From: Raillietiella orientalis
Lineage: Eukaryota
Assembly (NCBI GenBank): GCA_036172245.1
Contig: JAYWIR010000012.1
Span: 4,464,001-4,508,793, forward strand
Length of the DNA: 44,793 nt
Direction: 5' to 3'
In this document: piece by piece, positions 1-12,924 of the stretch
Position numbering within the stretch: the stretch's first letter is position 1
Layout of the letters: every line of letters begins with the position of its first letter
Notes under the pieces: generated by a model
The model's input: the letters and a program-made list of their open reading frames with translations, nothing else
Databases searched by the model: none
What the model was told of the DNA's origin: nothing
Translations under genes and position numbers: made by a program

Positions 1-3000
1 CCTCTAGGTGGTGGGAATGTTGTTGTACAATGAATAATGCAGGAAGGTTTCTTTTTCTGCTGTGCAGTCAGTTTAAAAAGAGAATCTAATGGTACAACTT
101 GGGTACACCCTAAATCTACTAACAAAACATCTGCCTTCTGAGAGTCTAGCAACTTTACAATTTTTCCACGATAGAATTCGTCATCAGATGCTTTGATCAT
201 ACATAGCTGTCCTTCCAAAGGAACTTTAAAACCCTTGTTGCTGTATTGCAGCACAGGCTGCAAGGGAGATACCTGCAGCCAAAAGTCATTGGGGGAGGTT
301 ACATCAAGCAGTTTCACATGCAGTTGTTGATTAAGGGGCACCTCTGGCAAAACATAGGAGAGGCTCTTTGAAGACAACCTCAGTTCTTCATTAATGTGCA
401 TGTTATTTTTCAAGGAAATTAGATTCACCGAAATGCAATCTTTCGGAGCTAATTTTTGTTGTGGATTTTTCACAGTTAACTGTGCTTGGGTTCCCACAAA
501 AAATATCTGGACTGCCCTTATAATTTCCTGTGTCACTGGCACTTCAAACAGAGTGCAGCACAACGTTTGCATGGGTAGTCTCAAAAATGAAGGATCCAGA
601 ACTTTCACCTGGAAAGATATTTTTTCTTACACCTGGAAACCAATTTCTAATCACCTGATCTTTGATTTGTATTTGTTTGCCATGGTCAATAAGAAAGATA
701 TTCATGAACTCAGGGCTAATTCCACATACCATACCACGGTACCAATGTGAAGCACTTTTGCAGGCAATCAACTGGCCTATCTTAACTTTCTTAGGTTGGT
801 TCTAAAAAATTGTTACATTAAAGTCATTGAAAAACATTAGAAGGATTTATTGAAAGGACTTGTTACAGACAACTGACAACTAATAAGACTGCAAATGGTC
901 AAACAGGTATATCACATTTAAACATTTTATTTGCTGATAAATATGTTGTTCATTACAAATTATGAAGAAAAAACAAATTTTAAAAAATTAGCCTAATTTT
1001 GTTTGCAGCTATATTTTCAGTTACTTTCTTTATTATTTTTTCTAGTTTTTTTGTCTCCACTAAGTATACTTCAAGTGTCTGATGCATTGCACTTGTTTTT
1101 CAGTATACAGTGAACGAATTGAATGTTTGTAAAAATGCAAAATTACAGCATCAGTAGCAAATCAACCAAGAGAGATATGGAAAGTTTAGTATTCAAAGAA
1201 GAGGACCAAATAATGATTACATGAAGTCAATTGGTATAATCAAATGTATTCTAATGGTGATGATTTATCTCGATATTAGATTTGAAATCTATTTCTGCAA
1301 ATTTGAATGATTAAACAGGTAGGACAGACATTTCTCTTAAGAATCATGATGCATATAGCAGGACTACATCCAAAATGAAATAACAAATGCTTGAGGTGAA
1401 GGAGCACTTTTTAACTATCACTGAACCTTTCATAATCAAATAGGTAACATGAAAACAATACAACCAGCATATTTGTGGATTGCTTTAAAGGAGCATCCAA
1501 ATTAAAAAGTGAAACTGGTTTTCTAACAGACCTTCTCCATTTGCAAAAAGGAGACTCCTGGCTCCCAATGAACATCAAAAAAAAAAAAAAAAAACAATTC
1601 ACAAAAAATTTTTCAGCATCAGAGTGTACAATATTCAGCATTGCCAGCAAGCAAACCCTCAACATTTAGATTGCTTCCCAGTTTGCCATATTCTATAAAA
1701 AAAAAACCGGAGGCAAAAATGGAATTTCCGCTTTATTTTACTGATGCAATCAATAAAATAAAATAAACATGGGACAAACTCATGAAATAAATGTAATATC
1801 TCCTACATTCCTTTTAAAACTAAAATCTCAGACAAACTCGAACCTTCTGAAACATTAAATAAAAGCAAAAAAAAACAAAAACAAAAATCATAATGGTGAC
1901 AAAGCTCACATAATAAGAAAACGCATGCAGAACCAGAACAGATTCTATCTGCAGATTAGAGCAGGTGACATTACTAAAGTGTATCACATATATGTTCAGA
2001 AGAATAAAACTAACTTAGGAAACAGCAGAAGATAAAAACATGGGATGCAAACATTTTCATACCGCAGAACTTGCTCCAGGAAGTGCAGCTTCCAAACTGT
2101 GCAGATCTGCATGGTTTTCAGCAAGCTGAACCCAAATATGACCACTGGACATAATGCTGCATATTGTTACTTTTTCATTCTTTTTTGGAGGAAGCAAAGG
2201 GAATTTTACTTTCAATAAAAGATCCATCAGATAGCCAAATTCCATACTGGTATCACTTGATTTACTTGGGTCACTTGGGATTGGTTTTTTGTTCTTTTTC
2301 CCTGTAACATTTACAGTTTTTTTTGATTTGCTAACTGTAGGGGGGACAGGGGTAGATTCGTTACATTCACTTTCTTTTTGAAAAGGCACATTCTGCTTTG
2401 TAACTATGACTGAATTCACACCTGTTGGAGAGCTCAGGTGATTTTTCTTTTTATTCTTCTTAAAATTTGTAATTGCTGTAGTGTTACAATCAGCATCATC
2501 CAGACTTTTAGCACTAGTGCTCAGTGTCTTAGAGGCTTCTAAAGATTGTGTGGTATCAACTGCACAGCCTTTTCTAATCAAGAATTGCACCATATCTTCA
2601 TTTTCCCACTTCAGCGAAATGCTCCAAACATCTTCTTTTTGCACAAGGAATTTTGCTTGCATCAAAGATGAACATTGCTGGAATACACTGATGGCTTTTT
2701 CATTCCATCCATGCTCTATGAGAGAAAAGCATTCAAAAATGTTGAATAATTTGCAGACTTACCTGATGCTAAACTGCAACAAACTGCCTGCTTTGGTAGG
2801 ATGAGGAATTCAAACTTCATTTTTTTCAGCTCACTAATAGGCGTTGTACAAATATCGCCAAAATCTACAAATTTCACGATGGCATCCGAAGACTCTACTT
2901 TTATAACTTCAGCTCGATACCACTTTTGATCTTCCTTGAACTTGACAACAACAGGCTGCTGAACTGCAATTTCTCCTTCAATGCTCTCACTATACCCCAG

Positions 3001-3896
3001 CGAATCATACATTGATTGCATTATTGCTTGCATTTTTATAAAGGCATTCATATCAGTTGGAAGATGGACATAAAATCGCTCAAGACTTTCAACCCAAGTG
3101 AGTGCAACTAAACATGAATAGTTTTCATGAATCATTTGATCAACATATGAAAAACTTTCTTCATGTGAGAGGGAAGGAACTGGAGGGATCTTTGCAAGAC
3201 AAACAAGATTCACTTTCCAGATTTCTTCAGTTGATAGAAACAAAAATTCACAAGTAAATTTTTTATTGATGAATTCTTGAGGACAATTATTCAGTTCGTC
3301 ATGAATAAGATTGGATGCAACAGATAACATGGGATTGAGACTGCATCTAATGGCTTGGCATGGAAGTTCGCAAAATTTCCCTGATAGCCTCCGAAGTTGT
3401 GTCATAGATACACGTTTATAAAGACCAACATCCACAAAGTAGACAACTGCATATGGGTTACAAAGATACTCTATCCTAGCTCTATGCCATATTTGGTCCT
3501 ATGAAGTTTCAGCAAAACAAATCATGGATTAGAAAATTTGTATACAAGAGTACAACTTAATCAACAAAATGTGTCATTCAATTTACTGTCAACTAGCAAG
3601 AGCAAACTACAATTGCCACACTGATTCTTCAAATCATTCACAAAACAAAACATACAAAATATCTTCACCTTGAACAAAGCAGCACAAGGAGATCCAACAC
3701 TTAAGTGTTCTTGAGAAGTTTCTACTGCAGATTCCTGATAAGCAAATTTCAAAGAATTTGTGAGATCCTCGATGTGATTCAAATTTTCAATCAAATTCAC
3801 ATGAAAAAGATCTGCACTCATGGCAGATACCACTATTATTTCATGGGAACTCGGATAAAGCCAAATTTCCTCAAAAGGTTTGGAATCGAAAGCCAT
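1..3896 (-). CDS. Multi-Tudor-domain protein (extended Tudor repeats, TDRD/Tudor-like), 3' part beyond the window. Exons 3896-3669, 3498-2763, 2715-2063, 801-655, 608-<1
   Basis: GT-AG introns of 170, 47, 1261 and 46 nt join phase-compatible exons. At least four Tudor cores: GSPCAALFK|DQIWHRARIE..YFVDVG, VVKFKEDQKWYRAEV..KFVDFG, GQLIACKSASHWYRGMV..FLIDHG and GQLCMIKASDDEFYRGKI..LLVDLG. The first three are followed by the eTudor LPxQxxxCxL flank. The ATG at 3896 directly follows a T-rich acceptor AG, so an upstream exon probably exists. The orthologue cannot be assigned. Confidence 0.88.
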
Positions 3897-6800
3897 CTAA
3901 AAAAATTACAATGCATAAGGTACCTAAAATTCCACATGTAAGGTTGCAAATCATTTTGTAGCTTTGGAAACAGATATCAATCATCTATCATGAGTGCATA
4001 ATACTTTTACAAAACTTTACTATTGTTTTACATAATGTTGAGGGCACTGTGTTGCTGACTCAATATTTATATTAAAATGGAAAAATGCTTGCAAACTCAT
4101 GGTGTAAAGCTTTGTGTAGGATTTTCATCTTTTCTTGACAGTTATTTGATTCTACTAGGTGTTTTACCTTCAAAAACCAATGCTTGTTAATGCATCTTCA
4201 TGAATTGATTTATTTCTTAAGCAACATACTCCCATTATGTCCCTTCTTATTATGTGTGTGCATAATGAAAACTCGTAGTCATGACTTTTGAGAAGGAATC
4301 TTGTAATTTTCCTTAGTTTGATTAAAGCAAATGGAATATGAGATTTTTTGCTTTCGCTAAAACCTTTTTATTGTATTTCAAATGCATGCTTAATGATTGT
4401 AATAACTTGTAAATAATTTCCATTTTGCTACATTCCTCAGAATATTTTTTTCTTTACATCTCTTAAACCTCTCATAACTTATCAATCAATAGAACCAAAT
4501 CCTTTGTTTGGGGAAATCCCGGAGCATTAACTGTTTTTGAGTGTTAATTCATTTTTGTATTCACAATCTTTCTACAAGATTTACAAAACTTCTTTGAAAG
4601 AAAAATCTATTTATGCATCTAATTCTGGATCAACACAAGACAGTTGTTTAACTTATGGTTTCCAGATCCCTAACTTTTTAATGCCATATCAAACCATGCT
4701 TACTTTATGAATTAGTTTATAAAATTATGTTTTATAAAATCTTACGGCTTCAGAATTTTTCTATGCAATGCTATCATTCTTTGCTTGCCTTATCATTTCC
4801 CCTCTACAACTTTTACCAAATTTCTAAAGAAAAATTGTTACTGTTAAGGAGCACGCTAATAATTATGCTGCAAATAGGCTCACAAAAGAAGTTACACAAT
4901 TACATCTAACCAGCATTTCTCACAAGATCACAACTAGTCCTGGTAACATTATGTATGTATCACATCCCCACAAAAATTTTAATAATGCTGTAAGCACAGT
5001 GAATGCTTAAGAAACTACATGACCCCTGCATTCTCCCACCTTTCCCCAAGAAAATCTAAACTATTTGTAAGCTTTGCTGATTTATATTATCATTGCTATT
5101 TCTCATACATTGTACTAAATGGATTGTTCTTTTATTTGATTACACCTCTGAAAATTCCACTTTGTAAATATGTTCATGAATTCTACAAAACTTTAACAAC
5201 GATGCACTCAAGTTTATTCTTGGGATATTTGGAAATCGAATGTGGAGCATGTATCATTTTGTTTTAAACGATTCACAATACCCAATTCGACGGTCGTTAA
5301 AAAAAAAAAAAGCAAAAAAAAAGGGAGGGAAAAAAGGGTGTTGTTCATAGTACAGCCGTTGGTGTGTCATGTAGCATTCACAGTTACTGATACCCATTAT
5401 GGAAAACAAAAAATGCACTCAAGTGGTAAGAACCATAAATTCTAGAACCCTTTTCATGACATATATTAAAGAGAATTTGGAGAAGTAAACTACATCAGAG
5501 AATCAATAAATCGATTTGATCAATAAATCAAGGTCATTCACAAATATAAAAGAAAAATACTTTGTCCACTTTAAATTCAAACGATCCGGCACCCTCGGCC
5601 CGGCCCTACTCTGGAACACCTCGGGCAGCTTCCAGGCTCGCTGGTACGAAACATAACTTACGAATACTCATAATAAACTAGGAGTCTCATAATAAGCCGG
5701 GAGTAGTTATCAAATGCATCATTTCTGTAGGTAGCAGATACTTAATTACAAAAACCCGTCACTGCAAAATCATCCTGGAATGTGTATATCTTTTTTTCTG
5801 GGCTGTCGTGAAACCTGGCATGTAAAAACACGGATTTGTACTTGAGATGCTCAATAAAAGACCTCATTAATATGGATTCTGGTTCCATTCACGTGTTTAT
5901 TTTGCTTACTGTCCTTCTATCTACATTAACTGCATTCTTAAATAGCATACTGGAATGTTGAAATGTACTGTGGTTCGACTTGAATCTAACTGGTTTATGC
6001 ATAGAAAGGGAAATGGTGTGCTCTGCCTGTGATGCAAATGGTGCACTACAGTCACCGTGTAGGAATGGTCGGTTTCTCTATTTCCAATTGCCACTTGCTA
6101 TTATGACACAACAGCATTATTTTAAAAATATTGGGCATCTTCCGGGAGTATTTCTCGAACGTTTATATACTTGCGTCTTTCGAAATAAGCACTTTGGGAA
6201 ACACGAACGATGTGTAGGTCATGCAATCAGTCACCGTTGAGCTTTATTTATTCATTTTATATTCGAGTGCCCCAGTTCACGAGTTACGGGCCGAATCCAG
6301 CTTTGCTTGTCTTCCAGGAAAAAAAAAAGATTTTTATTGACCAACAGTGTGGATCCAAAGCTACAGAGTGGGAGCAGGAAGACGCCTCTTCCTGAAGTAT
6401 GTCGGTAATTCAGGAAGAATTCAGAATCTTGGTGAAGCGAGACAGATGCACCTCGAAATGACTTTTTATCAAGAACAAGAAGCTTGTAGAATTGAGGGTT
6501 TGCATGTGAGGTTAATTAACACGGGATTATACAGTGTGCAATACACAATTCCAAGTAAAATAGCACTAATGACTTGTCTCAGGGAACTGAAATACTACAT
6601 AACATATTGGGAAACCAATGTTTCTACGTGTAGACAACGCTCAGCATCATGTAAAGAAGAGTAGAAGCAGAAAATTAGAGTTCAAACGGAAGTGAAAAGT
6701 CTCGAGCAAAGTTGTCTTTGAAAGATCCAACGCTACCTATAAAGAGCACAGAATAATCCGAATAATTTTGTCTCTTCCGGCCATACCCTGAGAACATTTT

Positions 6801-7346
6801 TTTTTTCCACTAGAAGCCACGGGAACTTATAAATATAACTGTTGAAAAATTCCACTCATCTTGCATTGCTTAGTTGTAGAAGCTTTTGGGACATAGCAGC
6901 GGCAAGTATGAAAGCTTCTTCTGGGGCTAAATAAGAATCACCTGCAAAGGTACATCAGGACAATGGGAACGATAAGAGCATACTCAGTACTTTGAATCTC
7001 TGTTTTAGGACAAATCGGTTAGATGTTCTGGAGGGAGACATACAACTTATGCCAAAAATTCGAGGAATTGAAATGGAGAAAAAGATAAAAATTATCTTCT
7101 GCTTACAATGATGACACCAACTCTGCTCATACAAGACCGATTTCCTTTGACAAAGTATCTCTAACACCAAAGATGTGATCTGGGACTTACTGTTAACCAA
7201 CAAGAAGATAAAACATTATTCTTCCGATTCAAATGTCACATATTTCTTCATCAATACTTTAGTGTTTTATCGAGAATTTTTATTAGATGAGTGCATAATT
7301 CTGATTCCTAATCTTCTCTACCTTGTGGTTTGCAATATCTCTAAAG

Positions 7347-8739
7347 CAATGATTTCTATTTCGAGCGTCAGATATACTGACCCTTTTATCCTACAAGAAA
7401 TCGATCTTGCTCATGTGAGCTCCATTAATATGAAAGTGTATACCTTGATACCCGACTTTTCAGTTTTCCGTCAGAAATCTCCAGGTGAAGTTTAGAGTCT
7501 TGGAGAAAGCTTTCAAGCCATCCTCCAGAAGAGTTAGCTTTTCTCGAGTACTAAACGGTAAAAAAAAAAGAAAAAAAAAAAAAGAAAAAAAAACTCTGAA
7601 ATGGTATTGTAGGAAAGCGATCACGAGGCATCAGCATCAATGGGAGCGAATATAAAAATTATTGAGATGCACACCTCCCACCTTCATATTACATTACGAA
7701 CAACATTTCCTTTTTCCTTTTTTGATACTACCAACAGAAAATTGTCTTTATATTTGAAAGATTTTTTGCTTACTGAGAGTTCCAGTCAAGAAGTGGACCT
7801 GCGATTGGTTTCGTGTGCTTACAACGACTTCCTCATCAAACCAGAACAGTTCCGGTTACCCGAAGACTCCCGCACTCGAGAGGCATGGATCCACCTCTTG
7901 AAAAACAAACTTTCTCTCTTTTCGTGAGATCAGTACAGGACTTGGATTGCTTTTGGCAACTGTGCTAGTTGCTAGCGAAATGCAAGGCACCCGCTGGTTT
8001 TTATCTCCTGGATGATAAATAAATGTCAGCTTTGTTATCTTTTAGCCCAATTTCTGAGGTTGTGAGTCTACAGAACACTATTGTACCCGGTAAGTCGGCC
8101 AACGGTGTTCAAACAGCTTATTCTCTGAAGCTGAAATGCACATTAGCTGCCTTCCCTCCCACAGGAGTTCAACGCCGTAGTGCAATATTCGTTGGTAGCC
8201 GTTGACAAGGAAAGAACCACATTCTTCCCCTTCTCTTTTCTGTATGTCAGACTCTAATCAGTTTTGTTCATCTTCAGAAATTGAAAACCAAAGTAACAGA
8301 GGAAGGAAGGAAGGAAGGAGGGGGAGCAAACTTTTAACTGGAAGCGAAAAATATCTGAGCCTTCATTGAAATCAACATAACATGTCGAAAAGGAGATATA
8401 AACGAATGGAGGGGAGAGGGGATTATAGCATCTTCTCCTTCCTATTCTCCCCAGCTCCACTTGTGATTTGGGAGGTTCTTCCACTGAGGGCGGTGATCCA
8501 TCTGATCTTTGCGGCAGAAATCCCGGTGATACATCATTTATTCCTCAAGGTACCTCCCTCCCCTCCCCCGCCTAATTCTTGGAATTTTTAATTCCCTCGA
8601 GACTTCATGGCTTCTTTGATCCCCAGATCCCAAGGATGCTGCAACTGCTCTTACAACAGCAGGCGCTCCTTTGGAAAAAATGGACCAGTTCCCTCTTTCC
8701 TCCGAAACCAAACACGAAGAAAGCGGAGAAGTGCAGTAG
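7347..8739 (+). CDS. Putative multi-exon gene of unknown function, possibly with a PH-like C-terminal helix. Candidate exons 7347-7414, 7464-7557, 7761-7923, 8046-8089, 8165-8194, 8251-8292, 8455-8549, 8627-8739
   Basis: A chain of GT-AG-bounded segments has compatible phases across most junctions (...QEIDLAH|FSVRNLQ...RRVSFSRVLN|DFLL...FRLPEDSRTREAWIHLLKNKLSLFS|PISEVV...). The start and the reading frame of the last two exons are unresolved, and no family is firmly recognised. Confidence 0.3.
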
Positions 8740-11573
8740 TAGCACGACGAAGCGGTTTTACGAAATCTTTTGCATGTATGTGGAAAAAAAAAAAAAAAAA
8801 AAGATGCCTTCGGGGCAGCTTCAGGGTCCGAAAATCAGCGTCAGATTCAACTCGAGGGACTGATTTGTGTACTTGACTTCTGCAGGTCCTTACCTTTTTC
8901 ACCCTCACATTTCTACCAGAGTTTCACATGGACTTACGTCTTCGGTGGCATCACAAATGTTGCAAACCGACTGCTGGGGTGGTACAAAGGCAAAAAATCA
9001 GCAACAAATAATTTAGCCACACCACACCCTCAGTACTTCCAGTTGGAGAAAAAATAAGAAACAGAGATTGCTTTCTTTAACCACTTTGTGATCGACTAAG
9101 GCACGTGTTTCTAATCTCGATTATGAGGTGGAATGATCCCTCAGGCATTTTTACGTGAAAAGTTGGCAATACGTGCTGAAAAACGTTTCTTCAGGATTTC
9201 CCCATCACACCTGGAGGTGGAACGAATTTTTTTTTTTTGAAAATCTTTCGGTTCTCAACTTCCACATTTGCAAAATTATGTACGTTTACCATTTTCCAAA
9301 AAAAACAAAACAAAAAACAGTTGGGTTTATGAAGGATCTCTGTCTGTTGATAACGAATCACACCTGGAAAGTGCCCTTTTGGTGAAAAGATCATCCCCAA
9401 ACGGATTATAAGCTTTCTGAAGGTAGCGATTGCAAGTGTGGTTTCATGTGGCTTTTCCAAGGAGTGATGAGAGTTCTGCGAATGTTTGATTCGCTTACAC
9501 ACTCCGTGGTTACTCGCAAACGACGTCGTTAATTTTTTAAGTACATTTCCGATCGTCATGAGAGATCGCTTCAGGTGAGTGGCGAGGTGCCACCTTAGGC
9601 GACGGATACGTATAGCGGAAGAAGCGTTCGTTTTCCATTCGGAGTTTTTCCATTAGTTCCGCCTGATTTTTGTTTGCAAGATAGCAATCGGATAGAAAAA
9701 TCGAATGCCCCAATTCCTTAGAAAATTAGTATAACAGAGAATTAAAATTCAAAGAAATCTCATCGCAGGACTGTTTATTGCCAGATAACTCGCGCCACAG
9801 ACTGATCCTTAAAACAGAATAATCTTACGGAATCCGGAGATGGATCATAACGGGTAAATGGAATTTAACATAATGAAACATTAATGAAGAGAAATCGACA
9901 TTTGGTAATGGATCGTGGATTTATAAGTGATTTCTGAATCCAGTGCACTGATTCCGACAAATTACAATAAAACACTGCACACTTGCTAGTCAGCAACGCA
10001 GTTAATGAGTGACAGTAAGAAGACCTTCACTACTTCCATATTGGTCCCCTTGTAAAGGGGCACAACGAGACGGCCCTTCCTGGGAATGCAAAAAGACATT
10101 GCCTGCATGCTTCAGAGGATGCAGAGGAAGCTCGGAATCAATAATGACCTTTTCCTATTCCCCCCCTCCCCAGTTATTCATCTCGGCTCCTCCTTGTAGG
10201 ATAAAGTCTACTCAATGACCTCGTCCAAAAGCAGACATCCTTATTGCTGCGCTAAGATGCTTTTATTGCCAATAACGCATTTGCAAAGTCCACGAGGCAT
10301 GTTGGCATATAATCGGTGCACGGAGTGGTTTAAGAGACCGAGTCCCAGCTTGCAATTCCATTCGGCGTCAAGAGATTTTCCTTCGTTGACCAGAACGGTT
10401 CGTTACTGTTTCTGCCACCACGAACTCTTTCTTATCTGTCGACTGCTTTACTCGGGGTAAAAGGATTGACGGCCACAAGGAAAAAAAGTCGTTTATCTTA
10501 ACAGCGAAGCAAATCGAAGAAAACGTGTTCTGATACACCAAAACCACACTTTCTGATTTCGAAGGCACATTCATCTTGATTAGCCTTCGAATTCAAGCAA
10601 AAGGGCATTCATATTTTGACTGAATCTACCCGAGAGAAGCTGAGCTCGAGAGAAGGCAGAGATATCCTGCTAGAAAGCAGATGAAAGCTTTCGAGATTAC
10701 TTACCCACAGAATAAGGGTATGTCTTCGAAAGACCGAACCAGCTTCCGTTCTTTTCACGCGGACAAAGAGATTCGCCTCACAAACTTAGTGAGCTTCTCA
10801 TGTAATCCGTATTGAGGCCTTCGCTTGCAAGTTCCCCTGCCTACTCTCAATTTTACATTACATTTTCATATCCGAGATGACTTAAAAAAACGGGCAATGT
10901 TGAAAGTTGGGAACCTCCTTATCCCAAGAAGCAGTAGGGAAAGATTTGGACCCTTCAAAGCACAGGGATCGGTTTGTTGGAGCTGCGTGAAGTCACGAGG
11001 AGGAAAAAGCCGAAGCAGGGAAAAAAAATCTTCCAACAGCAGTTTTTCGATGGCAGAATGGATGAAATGAAGTTAACAGCAATAAGTAAATTACCATTGT
11101 GTTAGAGCTGAGTTGACACTTTTGCAATAGTTAGCATGAAATCTTTGGTGAAATGGCAATGTGCTTTTTAAACACATTGAATTTCTCACTGCACATCAGC
11201 ATTATCCAATTTTTTTTTCTTTTTTCTTTCTGGAAAGACGCCTGCCCCGAGGTTTCCGAAACAACACAAATAAGCCGATTTGTAATTGCTCTCACGTGCA
11301 AAATTTTCACATTATCTGAAACCATGCAAAAGAAAGTCGTCTATGATACGGACCAAAAATTACGCACGTAACTGAACTGAAAAGTGCACACACAATTTTT
11401 TTTTCCATTTTACCCAAACGAAAGCAAGGAAGGGTTCGATCTTCAAGTATCATAACATTTCCAAGAATTCAGAGGGGCAATCAGAAACAAAAAAAGATGC
11501 ATGATTACCAAATGATTCCAAATGCTCCCCCGGTAAGTTTCTCGCCTGATTCCATAATTGCAAACACATTGCT

Positions 11574-11883
11574 TCAAATGAGACCTTCATAGTGCCCCTT
11601 CAATTTCACCGTCAAAATTTCTCCAAACATACTTTTACATTTTTCCAAAGGCATCCTGAAGGACTTTGAATACTCCTCGTTCGGAACATGCAAATACTGA
11701 AAGGTCACGTACAGCACCCCATCGTACTTGTTGCTCGACGTGGAAACAGATGGGAAAATGTGCTTTAGCAATTACGCTAAGGATGCTCAATTTCAGGATG
11801 GTCTTTGATTCCCCCATACAGAGACGACTGAAGAATTGTTCTCCTATCATTTCCAAGAGAGAAAGAAAAAAATCCGCAACCAC
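11574..11883 (-). mobile_element. Possible decayed LINE ORF1 (L1/Tx1 gag-like) fragment
   Basis: The translation YVTFQYLHVPNEE...SMFGEILTVKLKGHYEGLI loosely matches the Tx1/L1 ORF1 pattern V.v...lP.....L..fG.v..v.....y.g. It is broken by frameshifts and stops. Confidence 0.22.
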
Positions 11884-12924
11884 GCCAAGACTGGATTTGC
11901 ATCAGATTTGCTATTCCCGTGATTCTTTTATTGATTAATTTGCAATGCATGTACGAAGTTTGGTTCGAAAAATGAAACGACGTTGCTGTATATCCGGAAT
12001 GAAGTCCAATTTTCTATTTGTTTCCCCTCGAGAGGTACGATACCTGACATCCATTTGCGATCGCAAGAGGCTCAATTGCTGTTAACATGACGATTCAATC
12101 TCTCAGAGCATGCAGTTCATTATCCCAGAATCTAGTTTTCTTCCATTTCTTTGGAAATCACGAGAAAATCATGAGGATTCGCGTCACAAAAATACCTGCA
12201 TTCTCAGAAATTTGCCCGTCTAATTGATAGTATCTACCGCCTCAGACAACCATTTTCCAACAGATCATCCAGAACCGATGATGATGACTTTTAGGTGTTA
12301 CAAGAACATCCTGAGCTCTATTTTCTGCAGCGATCTGTGAGAGAAACGTTAGCGGATGTTTCTGTGTACGCACAGAACAGACGTACAATACAAACTGAGA
12401 GAACCAATGAAAGTGGTTTTACGCTAGCGCATGCAAACGATCAGAAATATTGAGTATGTAATAAGAAATGCAGCTTTCACTCAGTCCGATGCTTTCCTTT
12501 GGTGGAATGAATCCTTATGCTCTCCTTGGTTTCTTCCATGAAAAACATTCCATCGGACGCTTATTTTCCATAACGGAATCTACGAAGCTGCATCGTCTGT
12601 CATGCAAGTGAAGTAAGGGGTCTCAGATCGACGGGAAGACTCGAAATGGGAAAATCACAGTCCACTCACCAATCTTTCCACGTATATGCACGAATTTCTC
12701 AAAAAGTCCCTATCAATCAGAATTCCAGGATAGGCATCAACAGAAGAAATCAAACTGTCATATATTACAAGAAAACTAGCTGTGCGCAAAATAAAAAAAA
12801 AAAAAAAAACACATACACACACACACACGCACACACACGTTGATAAACTACACATGGACAACTGTGGAGGGAGTTCAACATGTAAAACTCAATTTTCTGC
12901 ATTGTGAAACCACTTTCATTCCAT

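Noticed and set aside
5465..5540. Short resemblance to exon 1 of the orphan gene (TTGATC..ATCAAGGTC) or to LINE ORF1 (EFGEV)
   Set aside because: Too short and gapped to distinguish from chance without an alignment score.
5668..5705. Two 19-bp near-tandem units CTCATAATAA.C..GGAGT, and similar short duplications at 13587-13647 and 27228-27249
   Set aside because: Only two copies each, with no spacer-array structure. These are ordinary local duplications, not CRISPR-like.
6860..7550. Possible - strand exons
   Set aside because: Joining them gives phase conflicts or in-frame stops.
7845..7905. THAP-like FRLP..R..W motif
   Set aside because: The C2CH zinc ligands of THAP are absent.
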